Shown in pieces: positions 1 to 12,170 of a stretch of 64,000 nucleotides of DNA. Positions within the stretch are counted from its first letter, which is position 1. Every line of letters starts with the position of its first letter. Location: contig RHPI01002533.1 in NCBI GenBank assembly GCA_009103225.1, forward strand, positions 1,233,842-1,297,841, given 5' to 3'. The translations under genes were made by a program, and so were the position numbers. This stretch comes from Chlorokybus atmophyticus (taxonomy: Eukaryota; Plantae; Mesostigma and Chlorokybus algae). The notes below the pieces were generated by a model. It did not search any database and had not been told where the DNA came from. It worked only from the letters and a program-made list of their open reading frames with translations.

Positions 1-1344
1 GCAACCAAGCCAACCAAGAGGTGTGCACAGACAGTTGGCATCTGGTGGTCCAAAACATACATGCTAGGAGGGTGCATCCATACTGGTTCTCTGCGCATAA
101 CAAGGATTCGTTGCAACTGACGCTGGCAACACTTGTGCTTGCTGCCCAGGCGCGGGAAAAGGCGGAAGAGCGCATCAAAGGCGCGCTAGACAACAGTCGA
201 CGCATCATGGAGAAGCGGATGGAAGAGTATGAAGTGAAGCAGCGCGCTGCAGACCAGAAGCAGGTTTGTGCTTGACCATATGTTACTGGAAGGTGTAAGT
301 GCTGAAATGACAGGCTCACAACCAATGCGCCTTGTGCAGCAAGAGATGGAGCAAGAGCGGCGCGAGTTGGAGATGCAGAAGAGGCAGCAAGAAGCAATGA
401 AGGCTGAGCAGCGCAGGTACGCCGTTGGTTTGATGACCTGCGAGTCAGTGCCATAGCAACAGAAGTGTTTGCCTGACTCAAACTATATGGTTGCAGGGCT
501 GTGTACTTTGAAGCCCAGCGTGAAGAGCAACGACGAAAAGAGATGCTTATTGCAAAGGTAACCTTTGGCTTGATCTCAACAGAAATCTGTGTTGGTTGTG
601 CAGACTTGGCTAATGCAGTCTAGTTTGCACCCTATGCGCAGGCTGCGGAGGCTGAAAGGGTGCTGCAGCAAGTGAAGGTGGCCACTGCCCGTGAAATCCA
701 GCAGCGGTCAGTAGCACGCCGGTTGGACCGACAAGATAAGCAGGACAAGGTTGAGAGCATGAAGCGCATGCAGGTGCGAGGACACGGCCCGTCGTAAAGC
801 ATGAAGCTTGGGTGCTATCTGCAGGAGTTGACGCATACACATGTCTCAGCTAACCACTTGCAAGCCTTCTTTGGTCCTCTGTTTGCAGGCGTATCAGCGG
901 CGTCTCATGCTAGAAAAGATTGAGAGCGAAACAGATCGCGCTCGTTCACTGCTGGAAGCCAGAGCCGCCCTTCAAGAACAACGCAAGCTAGCAAACGTGA
1001 TGTCTTCAATCCATCGGCAGCGACTCATTGAAAGAATGGAGCAAACTCAGGTATTCGGCGTGTGAGCAAGTTATGTGCTATACTGTTTGAAGCAAGTCGC
1101 ATGTAGAAGGTTCATCGTGTTGGCTTTCAAGAATCTGGGCTTGTTGTCCTTGAAATGTTGCTGTCATGTTTCATGCACGCCTGTGTGCAATGGCTTTCTG
1201 TTCACGACACGTCCAAAGGAGAAAAGGATTGCTGCATTGTGTGCACAGGTCACAAAGAAGTGGAGACAACTGGATGCAGACTTGCGACAGCTCAACGCGG
1301 ATGCATTCAACCCTCTGGCACAAAGCAAAAGCCACAACAAATAA
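1..1344 (+). CDS. 3' part of a multi-exon, charged coiled-coil protein (uncharacterised; 5' end outside window)
   Basis: Exons 150-263, 340-416, 497-557, 642-773, 889-1050 and 1249-1344 join in frame through GT-AG introns. They give an E/K/R/Q-rich helical sequence (AREKAEERIK...LEKIESETDRARSLLEAR...SHNK*). Confidence 0.75.
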
Positions 1345-2923
1345 AGCAGCAAACAGGCATTGAGAGGACAGCACTGTTCGTTAACTCGATAGTACCGTTA
1401 GGTTTAGAACATACCATAGCTACATTACCATGTATTAAACCTACCAACTAACTTGTCTGGCCGCATTGGCCTGGTAGGGAGGCTGTCCTTTAGCTGAGGT
1501 GAACATGCCCTACGAAATTCAAATAGCTCGCTGTTTTACCCCACAACTGAATGCGCGTAAAAAGAACGACATACGCACACAACATCATGAAGCAATGTAC
1601 AGTGTATAACCAACAAGCAGTGTGTACGTACATACACGCTCCATGTTGGTTATAAGTTCGCAATAGCCATGGGCATCACTCGGTATCATCATGCCCTGAA
1701 TGCATCAATGGATCCGTGTTTACATAAAAGTGAAAGAGTATCAGATTTGTGCATATATAGGAATTTCACGCTTTTAACTTCATGATGCTGATTACTAGTA
1801 ATTATGCAATTTTTCTCTCAATGATTATTATCCGTAGTTGCAACGTACGTAATTAAGACTGTAGCGGATTGGCCACTGCAATTATCACAACAGCATCAAC
1901 AAGCTTGTTACAATGTGTGGATTCAATGTTTATGATTTTGCGTTCAATGCGTCATTGATTGCCAATGTGAATGCAAACAAGTACGTTCATTGGCAGCTGA
2001 ACACTGTTAAGAGGTCGTCCATCTTTATAGCACATATATGTTAATCACACAAGCTCATGGTAATTGTACAATTGAAGTAAAAACTCGGGAAATGAATTTA
2101 GAGATTACAACTTTAAAGTTACTACATGATGCACGATTCAACCCTATTTGCGGGTAACTATTACTATAACACAAAATCGTGTATAAAACGCTTGCACTGC
2201 TTGAAGTTGCTTTCTAGCAATGACACCATTGATGATGCTAATATGTCTTTCATAAGTACTACGCAAATTCATCAATTTGTTAACGTCACAACAAGTTGTA
2301 CATTTTTATGTATGCAATTTCAATTGTCGCAAATATGTTTAATGCTTAAAATTGTCCAAATTTACAAGTGATAGCATGCATAGAGATACAACAAACGTAT
2401 ATAAACAATAAGCTGTGCATTTGCAATCAATGGACGGTCCACATAAATATGCCACAGAAGCAAAAAACATGTCAAACATAGCATATAATGGTTGTAATTG
2501 CGCCATGATATACGTATGTATCATCTATAGCTATTCAAGTAATGGCTTTGCATTGTTAAATATGTTTGCATGCATGCAAAAGCTAGCCCCACGAGTGAGG
2601 ATGGCGTATCAGGCTGACACTATCAGCAGATCGGTTATGTACAGGATAATTTCCTTATAAGTAAGTTACCCAATGTATTAGTTAATTTACTTATAAATAG
2701 ATTAACCAGTATGTAATATTGGTTAAATAATGCCCACATCGTTAACATAAATGCAATTCTTCTGTGTTACAGCAAGGTTTATGTAACCCCTTTGCACTAC
2801 AGCAAGTTGTAAACACCAAAGGACAGTACACCTAATGCAATGTTATACAGTTAAGGGCCTCTGGTGTAATCCAGCAGCAATGATGCAATTTTGCAATACA
2901 TGTGAAGATAAATGCAGCACAAT

Positions 2924-2924
<1 letters not shown>

Positions 2925-2963
<39 letters not shown>
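2925..2963. repeat. (GT)n microsatellite, about 20 units
   Basis: Directly visible gtgtgt run. Confidence 0.95.
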
Positions 2964-2966
<3 letters not shown>

Positions 2967-3858
2967 AGCACCATTAAGTAAAGCGCAGTTTTTTTGTTGA
3001 TTAATACACAATTGTGCAATATGAAGCTTTTTTCCATCAATAGGGTGCATTACTTATCACAACTTCTTATGAGTTCATGCCACAAGCTCGGTAAGTCTTT
3101 ACACAACTGCTGTGCCTACACTTGCCGGTGCCTTGTGATGCACATGTTTGGGCTGATTGAGACCCTCTTTAAAACTCATTTTCCCCATACGTATCAAACT
3201 TTTTGTGTCAGTGATGGTTCGTAAACCTGTGAGCACATGACTCATATAAGAGCTGCGCAAGGACAGCTCACAGATGGTGTGCAAAATGCAACCATACATA
3301 CGTACATACCTCATTGCTGGTGCATAGTGTGAGCTTGGTATATACCTCATGCATAATTATACACGCACATAAACAACTTGCTGCATTTAATATCTGTGCG
3401 CAATCCAAGGTATACACACTTCATACGATGTTGATGCTTGCATGGCACAGTTGGTTTCACATGTGCTTGTTGGTGGATAGTGTATCACCGTTGATTCCAT
3501 GTGCCATGTTGTTTTACTACACCCTTTGCATGGTTGCATGGTTAGGAAAACTCCCTCATCTAGCTCAGCGTCTGCCAAGGGGGGGCTGCCCAAAGTTTTA
3601 AATCCGAACACTGTTATCCGGTGGGCCAACGCGTTGTGCCTTTGCGCGGGAATCGCGCATTATGAAATTCCAGTGCCCCGACAACAGACTCGACACCGCC
3701 CACGTGTCCCTCGCTGGTGCTACCGCCGCCGCCGCCGCCGCCGCCGCTGCTCCTCTGCGCAGGAAGCCAGTGGCAGTCTGACTGGGAGGAAAGACAGCTG
3801 CTTGCCGTGGCTTGCTCCTGTACATGGCGGTGTTAAAGATATCTTGCGCGGTTGCGGC

Positions 3859-5368
3859 ATGAAGGCTGGTCTGGCGCAGGCGGCCGCAGGGACCGCCGCC
3901 GCCGCCCCCGGCGATGGTATCATTGTCAGGGTTGACAACCCGGCTGCTGCGACGCAACACAGCAGCCAGCCACCAAGCTGTAAGCATGAGCATGACGTGC
4001 AGCTAAGCATACTTGGGTGATGGCGGCTAAATGCAGGTGTTAGCGATAGCACGCATGCCATACATGCGACTGCTGGCGTGCGCAGCTGTTGGATTACACA
4101 CTTTCTTGCTGTGTTGAACCAATGCCGGTTGAAGTCAGAGCTTGCAATGCTACTGCGGTTATTGTGCATGGATATGGATCGAAGTCACTGAGCACGGTTG
4201 TGGTGCATAAAGCTGGTTGGGTATTGAGTGATGGGAGGCACTGTTATACGGTCAGATTTGGCAATGACCCAGCACTGTTGGGGTAAGGTTCCAGCACTGT
4301 TGGGGTAAAGCGTTGCATGCAACCTTTGAAAGACTTAAGAATGTGGTTGGATTCACTTAGATTCACTTAGAGTCCATAGCATGCGAAACGTTACAGTATC
4401 ATCTCTTTTGTGCTGGTTTGTTTGGCAGTGTGCAGAGTGTGCCACCAGCTGGAGACTGACGCGCACCCGCTCATCTCGCTGCGCTGCGGCTGCGAGGGCG
4501 ACGCAGGGCGCGCGCACGAGGACTGCGCTGCGGCCTGGCGTGTGATCCGTCGCAACAGCGACAACAAGTGCGAGCGCTGCGGCCACACGCTGAGCCGCAA
4601 TGTAAGCCACACACACGGGGTTGGTTGGTATTATGGGTGGTTTGCATGTAGTATCACAAATGTCGGTTTGCTTACAGTATACAGCCAACCATGACCAAAC
4701 CAATGTTGTGTAAACCTTAGGGTGTGCCGGCTGGAGATTCGCGCGGGGCCATCCGACCAGTGCGTACCAATACCAATACCGCTTTGTCTCCCATGCAAGC
4801 GACGCCCACACAACAAATGTCCCCGACTTCACCGCAAGCTCGGCACCATCGCAGGGGTTCCTCATTTTATGGGAGGAATCACTCCATTCGTATCCTGGAG
4901 TCAACACTCTCGCAGGTACATATTGTTCTACTTTGCGTCATGTTTGACACAACACGCACATGCACAAACAGGATTTTTGCTCTGGCGCAGGAAATTGTAG
5001 GCAATTCGGATGCAGCATGGAACATGGCGGGTTCACCACCCGGGTTGCTGCCTGGGCGTCCAACAAGGTGTATTGACTACTCAGTATACAAGCAGCGACT
5101 GAGACAGAACCCAGTGCGGTCAATCATCTGCGCAGCAGTGTTTATTGTCGTGGTTGTCGTGTACATTGTGTTCTTCGCCTTCCTTTATACGCCGCCAAAC
5201 CCCGGCATCACCCTTCCCCTTATTTTATTACCAGGTGAGTTCAGTGCAGAGTGGACGATGACGGGTGGTACTGTTTGCTGGATTGTGACCCAGCTCTTTT
5301 GCATTCCAGCACTTGCACTGGTGGCGGTCGCTGGATTGATTATTGTTGTCACGGCCTGTCACCAATGA
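3859..5368 (+). CDS. RING-CH (C4HC3, MARCH-type) E3 ubiquitin ligase with C-terminal transmembrane helices
   Basis: Exons 3859-3979, 4429-4601 and 4721-5368 splice in frame. Motif CRVC...CGC...H-ED-C...CERC, followed by hydrophobic segments (IICAAVFIVVVVVYIVFFAFL; ALALVAVAGLIIVV). Confidence 0.8.
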
Positions 5369-6000
5369 CACGCTCCGCTGCTGTGATGCTGCCTCCTTTT
5401 CTGGTGGTTACAAGTTGACTGCTAGCTGCATTGCTATGCCCTTCAGTACACCCTGCCGTTTGCACTTGAATGCCGACTTCAGTATATGACTTTGTAGATG
5501 AAGTTATGTTCAGATGATCAGGTAGTTATGTAGATTGATCAGACTTACTGCTAGGCAATTTTAGACAAGTCTTTGACTTGGGTTGCGTTGTATGTGCTGA
5601 TCATTGCAGCAGTGCGCACAAGAGATAGTACCCTAGATTAGTGCACATGTCAGAATGTGGGCCTGTACAGTGCACATTTTGAGATACAATCAGTCGCTAC
5701 CACCACTTGACTTGCAGTGAGGTTTGATTGAGGCGCTTTCATGTGTGCTTCGCATCATGTGGAAGTATACACACGCCTGGTGTTGTTGGCACTCTCATCG
5801 GCAACTGCTGTGGTCCTCTCAGTCGCATGCCGTGGAACAAAGTTGCAATGACTCCAGAATAACCGCAACGAGAAACCCAAAGTGGCATTCCCGGGAGATC
5901 TGCCAGAGCATTTATGACAGCGGACCAATATTGCTGTCACTGTGTGCGGGGTGGCCAACTGGTAGCTCAAGGATGACACTATGAACCTCTGTTGATGTGC

Positions 6001-9000
6001 CTAAGATGTTGCTGGCTTGGGCATTGGAGGCCTGCATGGCATAATACACAACTGAGGACACCCTGATCGTCGTACTTCCAATTGGCAAAATGATAGCACA
6101 TGTCAGTCATGCTCAGATATCCGCAACAAACAATAGTAGCTCAATGTTGGATTAGACTTGCATGCACAAAGACAACATCACAGTGTAACATGAAACACGC
6201 GCGTTGCGGTGCTGATGCAGCCGACTTACGGTGGAGGGGGCTGGGGTCGGCTTTGTTGTTGCTTGTTGACACCTGCTGACTCCTGGTTGCAAGAAGGTGT
6301 GAGTATGGCACCGGTTCATGCAACTTGACATCAAGTAGCTTGGTGTGTATGCACTCTTACTGCAAGCTTGAATGCCAGAGAGGCTGCTGGTGAACGAGGA
6401 GCAGGTGGAGGAGGTGGTGGTAGTGTTGGTGACTTCGCACCTGATGCATGCTGATTCCAACCTGGAGCTGTTGCTGATGTAGTAGTAGTTGATTGCATCG
6501 CAGCAAGTGCCTGCTGGACACTCTTCGCAGCTGCTGACATCTGGCTTCGCACGAACCCATTGCCCTCGCTGACAAGAGCAGTTTTTACCGACGTTCCGGC
6601 CTCAGCCCTTAACACTGGTGATGATGCAGGGCTGTCCGAAACGATTTTGTCTTGCCTGTCTACACTGTTGGAAGGATTGGACCGTGGGCTATTCAACAGA
6701 CCTGCCAGTGCTTGCTGTACTGTGGATGATGCTGTCACGCGACCTGCTGATGAAGATGTTTTACTGCGTTCGTCCTCTGCATCCGCTTGTGTGCTTTGTT
6801 TCGCTACACTCGTGTCCCTTCTGCTGGGCGAAGAAGGCATTGGTTGGTTTCCAAATTGGATCTTAACGACAAAATCCTGACTGCTGCTCTGGGATGGAGC
6901 CGAACTTTGTTTCAGCTTTGCCCAGGCAGGCATGGTTGCTGTTTCGGACTCACCCTCTGCATCGTCATCAGATGGCTGACCCTTGTTAACGTCGCGACCC
7001 GGGGAACCAGTTGGCTTCAACCTGGCCCAGGCAGGCATACCGGCTGAATGCTGCTCTGCAGCTGCCTGCTGGTTGCCCTTCTGTGGAAGCTGGAAGCCAG
7101 CATTAGGACTGGATGGCAGCTTTTGGCCAGATGTCACCGCTTGGGCTTGCTTTGCTGCGAACCCTGCAATTGCAGCTTGCTGGACAGCTGGCGTGGGACC
7201 GTGGGTCAAACTGGTTGGGTGCGACTGTGTCTGTGTTTCTGCTCTCTGCGTGTCTCGGAGTGTTGAAGTGGTGGATTTCAACATTGCCCAAGCAGGCATA
7301 GACTCAGTTTCTGCTGTCTGTCCTTCATCATGTTGTGCGCGGTTGCCATAGACCCCTACTGGCCTGAGGCTTGCATCAGGTCTTGGAGATTGTTGCTGCG
7401 TAACAGTCACATTGTGTGCAGTTGGACGCTCAACAGGTGCAACTCTGTGTTGTTGGGGGGTCGTATCTAGCTCCATTTCGCTTGTGACAAGATCAGCACT
7501 GGTCAAGCCAGTGCTCTTGTAGCCATCAATGCCATTGTGAGGTTGCTGTGCTGACTTAGGCGAGTTGTTGGGTGATGCCTCTGTCAGCAGTTTGCTGCGC
7601 AGCGTCTGAACAGTAGTAGCTGGTGGTGTCGTGGGTACTGCAGAGGCTTCTCTTGACTGCCATGAGCGAAGGGCTGCAGATACAGGGCTGCGGTCGCCAG
7701 ACTCAACCGCTGCTTTCTGTTTTGGAGTTGTTGGTCTGAGTCGGACACCCCTGATTTGCTCCAGGGAAACTCCATCCGGTTGACCGCGCGACTGCATGGC
7801 ATGCGCAAGCATTGCAGCTGGCTGTGTAGACGGAGCAGAAACTGCAACACTACTGAACTTTGACGACATCTCTGTGCTGCGAGGTGAAGGTGGTGCTGGC
7901 GTTTGGGCACCCACTGCACCAAGCTGTGCAGGAGCTGGTGTGTTGCTTGAAGGCTTCAACGGCGCACTTGGTGACTGTGGAGGTGATGTTGAAGTTGGCT
8001 GCAAGACAGTGGGCTTCAGTTTTGCTAAAACTGGCGGTGTAGGCGGCGTAGGGGCCGCTATGGGTGTCGGCCTCAACTGTACAGGGGCATCAACGGATTG
8101 CGAGTGCTGTACCATAGGTGTGGGTGTTGAACCTATGGACCTCAGGGTTGCCAAAGCAACGGGTTGTGGAGGCAGGGGCAGCGATGCTTGCGTTGTGTGA
8201 GGTGGCGGTGGCGGTGGCGGTGGCGGCGGCCCAGCCCCGGGTATGGGCTTCAATTGTACAGGGGCAGCAGGTGGAGTTTGTGACTGCGGCATTGTAGCAC
8301 TCATCGCTGCAAGAGCTGGAGGTGGTGGAGGTGGCGGAGGTGGTGGAGTCGCATAAGGCACTGTTGGAGGCATGGGTGGTGCCGAGGTTGTGGGCTTTGA
8401 CTGCACAGGGGCAGCACGTGGGGATTGTGGCATTGATTGCAGCAATGACGTGGGCATTGGAGCTGTAGGCCGCAAGTTTGCAACTGCTGGAGCCAGAAGC
8501 GGTGGTGGTGGTGGTGGAGGTGATGAATACGCATGAGCCGTTACTGTGACCAATGCAGGCTCTGATTGCAGGGGTACTGAAGGTGCGCGCGGTGAAGATT
8601 GCTGTGATGCTAACGATAGTCCTGATGTGCCTTGCCCGTGGTGTATAGCTGCAGGCAATGGAGGCGGACGACCACGCGATGCAAAGATGTCGGTGCGTGC
8701 AGGAGGTGGTGGAGGTGGTGGTGGAGGTGGGAGTGGAGCTTGGGGGACTTGCGATGAAGCTACGGGCTCCTGCATAGGTAGAGGCGGGACTGGTGCAATC
8801 ACTGGGGCAGTCTTCACTGCTGCAGGCTGCAGTGGTGGGAGTTGTGGAGCGCTTGACAAAGTTGCGGGTTTCAGCTGTACGCGAGGAGGTGGAGGTGGAG
8901 GCGGAGGTGGAGGTGGAGCAACAGCTTGTGTCTCTGATAAGGAATCAGCAAGTGATGGGGCAGGAACTTGAGGTGACCAACGTGGCGATAGGGGCACATG

Positions 9001-9340
9001 TGCGACGGGTTTCAATGTCGGTGGAGGTGGCGGCGGTGGTTTTGGAGAACTAGGGGCGGCGGTTATAGCTTGAGGGGGAGAAGCTGGAGTCAAAGGCACC
9101 ACTTGCCGCAGTGAGGCAGGTGTCAACTGTGCCAGGCCAAGGGGTGTAGGGACAGGAGGTGTCGATCGAAGTGAGGATGGGCTGGACTTCAGAATTGCAG
9201 CAGAAGGGGCTGAAGGCGTCAGTGAGGTAGGTGGACGCGATGGTGAAGGACCAGCTTGCGCAGCCGGTGTAGGTTCCAACTGTGCCGGTGAAGGGGGTGG
9301 AGGTGATGGGGTGAGCTTCAGTGCTGCTGGAGGTTGTGGC

Positions 9341-9371
<31 letters not shown>

Positions 9372-11302
9372 CACTTGGTGAGGTAGATGATGAAGCTGTT
9401 TTCGAGTGTAGGGATGGTGCTGGATCACTTTGTTTCAGCAAGGCAGATTTCTGCATTGGGCCTGCTGGTAGTGGCGGTGGTGGAGGCGGAACAGCTGCGG
9501 GTTGCAAACGTGCAGCTTGCGCAGCAGCTTGTGCAATAGCGGCTATGGAGACCGGGCCATTCCTTGACTGAGGAGATGATGGTGCTGGTGGGACATGCGT
9601 GGACCCTGATTGGGCAGGTTGCGCCTCTGTCGGATTGGCTGGAGTGGTGAGCGGCAAAGACGTGGGCGGATGAGGCGTTGAGGGAAGTGACATGTGTGAC
9701 TCCTCTGTACCTTGCGCCGAGCTCAATCCCAACAATAGAGTCGCAGAAGGAGGTGGGGGAGGGGGAGGCTGGTTGGGTGACAACTTTGCTGCTCCTTCCA
9801 AGCGTGTGAGCAACACAGGTGGGGGCGGCGGTGGAGGCGGAACAGACTTCGTGTCCTTTCCTGACACAAACATGGGAGGTGGTGGAGGCGGGGGAGGAGA
9901 ACGAGGGGAGTTGGAAGCATTCGTTGAAGAAATTACATGGCTATCAGTCTTTGTTACTTCGTCCAACCGGGCAAGTACTGAAGGTGGAGGTGGCGGTGGA
10001 GGAGGGGCAGGGGGACGTGTGTTTGCTATTGGTAAAGGCACTGTACTTGCTGGCTTCAGACCGTCTTCCAACCGGGCTGATGTTGAAGGAGCAGGCGGTG
10101 GAGGAGGCGGCACACCTCTAGCTTTGGTTCCTAATCAAGGACTTACATGTGAGCTGCTTTTTGCTTGCAATGCAGAACACAGCAGAACTGTGTGGCCAAC
10201 AAAAGCTTGGGGCAGTACATGTCCTGCCCTGATTGGAGTTAGGACCTAAGAGGGCGCTTTACCTGTGCCTTCAGCTGCATCATGTCGCGGTTGTTGAAGC
10301 AGTGAGTTACCCACTGCTGTAGCTGCCATTGACAACGTGCCACCTCCCGTGAGGCCAGCCCGTGGAGTGGTGGCTGCTCGTCCTGCAGGCATGAATACAG
10401 TCATGTTGTGTGCACATTCAAGCTGTGAAGAGGGTTCTAGACATAGGCAGCATTGGGCAGCCACTATAGAAGCCAGTTTCTCACCCAATGACGTGCCTAT
10501 AGAGTCAAACATGCTGAAATCAAACAGCTCAGGTTCCGTTGGGGTTGCCACTATAGTATGCGCCTCAACGCTCCATGTGTCTGCAGACCATGAACCAGAT
10601 GTTACCTCAATAGCCAGTTCTCATACCTCATCTGTAATGGTTGGTGTAAAAATGGTACCTGCATGGATTGGAGCATGCCTGGGCAAGCGCGCAGAAGGCT
10701 TCTTCTGCCTCAGCCTTTGCCACTCTAGCTGATCCAGCTGTGTGTGACATCCATGCAAGCGCTGGAAACCAGGACATCAGATATTAGGTTAAAAAAGCTT
10801 CTCAGGCACAATAGCAGCAGAATACCCTACCGTGGTTAGGACGTTGATGCTCCGCTCAGAGCTTGCGTTCGTGTCTACAAGAGCAGCGATCTGCGTCTCT
10901 AACCCACGCATGGTGCCAGCCACACGGTTAGTGACTTTGGTGAGAGCCATAACCGCATATTGTTGTGTGTTCTGCAGCGCACTGCAGCAAAAATAAAGGA
11001 TCAGGGATTGTTGGCTCAGTTGGGTTGCTGTGACAGCAAAGTTCTAGGTAAGACTTACTGCTTGCGGTCGTTTGCTGACAAGTACTGCTTCTCATGCAAC
11101 TCAGCACTTGTGTACAACTGATGGCAGATGTCCGCAAGCTCCTGAAGACACGCACAACAAGCAAAATACAAAATCAATGCTGAGAACATGCTTGAACCGT
11201 CAGCAGCCTGTCAACAGTGTGGGATTATGCTACCTGGAGACCAGCCTGCAGCGTGTCGGGTCCCACAGATCCATTATGGTGGGCATGTGGCACACTACCC
11301 AT
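6001..11302 (-). CDS. ABI/ABIL-like (SCAR/WAVE complex subunit) N-terminal domain fused to a very long polyproline region with a WH2-like motif; roughly 1500 aa
   Basis: Exons 11302-11234, 11141-11059, 10981-10831 and 10761-10659 splice in frame to ...LQELADICHQLYTSAELHEKQY...RKHALQNTQQYAVMALTKV...ERSINVLTTRLHGC, matching ABI/ABIL helix spacing. They continue into the 1260-aa Pro-rich ORF (6331-10113) containing SLEQIRGVRLRPT. Last small exons end at a TAG at 6001-6003. Extra 5' exons are possible. Confidence 0.75.
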
Positions 11303-12170
11303 GCATGCAGCAGGGAGTGTTTCGCATCTCCAATGCTGTCAACTCCTTCTTCAAACAGCTGTCATCAGCAGCTCACGTGGTGCTGCTCTGAGAGCTTTAC
11401 CGCAAATCCTGATTGTACGGCACAAGCAATGTGACGCCAGCAGCACGATATTCCTTGCTTTGAGTATACATAAGCATGTAAAGCTGCCATAACTTACAAT
11501 CCGTTGCCGGACTTGTGACTACAGCATAACGACGTGCTGTGGTATGCAATTCTCACGCATTGCATGCAGATTGGGCTAGAGCAAGCTCGCTAACTGGGCG
11601 ACAGTACTTGAAGCTGAATGAGACATCACACTTACGCTGTGTTGTGTAACGCTTCGCAAGCCATCCTCGGTGTAACAAGCAATCCCGCTGCTGTCGCAGC
11701 AACTCAAGAGCAACAGCTGCTTGGCACCCAAAACATCCAAGCTGATCAGCCTTACCACCATAAGCTCCGCGCTGAAGGTCTCCACCGATGTGACAGCTGG
11801 CTACATAGTTCAACACGAGCTATTACTCCTCCGCCGCCGCCGCACCCAGCGCCGAACACAAGTTTGGGCTGCTACTGGCTTGCTGCCTGCAACACTTGCC
11901 AAGCAGTGCTGAGGCAAGTTCCTACTTGTCTGACACAGTGGCGTCGGTTGAGACTGACTGCGATTCGGTTTCAACTGAGCCGGTTGCATGCATGGCTATT
12001 CCCGATCGGCAATGCGTCAGACTTGCATTGGCTTGGCGAGGCAGGCGCTGGCCTTGGCGACGGCGGCGGCGACGGCGACGGTGGTGGTGTCCTTGGGAAC
12101 GTGCGTGGCTTCTGGAAAGCATGAGCCTTATGCGAATGGTGCTTTCAAAGGTTAGAGTGGGCCGGAGGTG

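Noticed and set aside
4269-4308. 18-bp tandem duplication in RING-CH intron 1
   Set aside because: Only two copies; ordinary slippage, not a CRISPR-like array.
8546-10249. Gly-rich plus-strand ORFs
   Set aside because: These are antisense shadows of the polyproline codons.
11576-11760. PH domain suggested by HRGWLAKR upstream of the ABI-like gene
   Set aside because: No further PH features, and the ABI-like frame has its own ATG at 11302.
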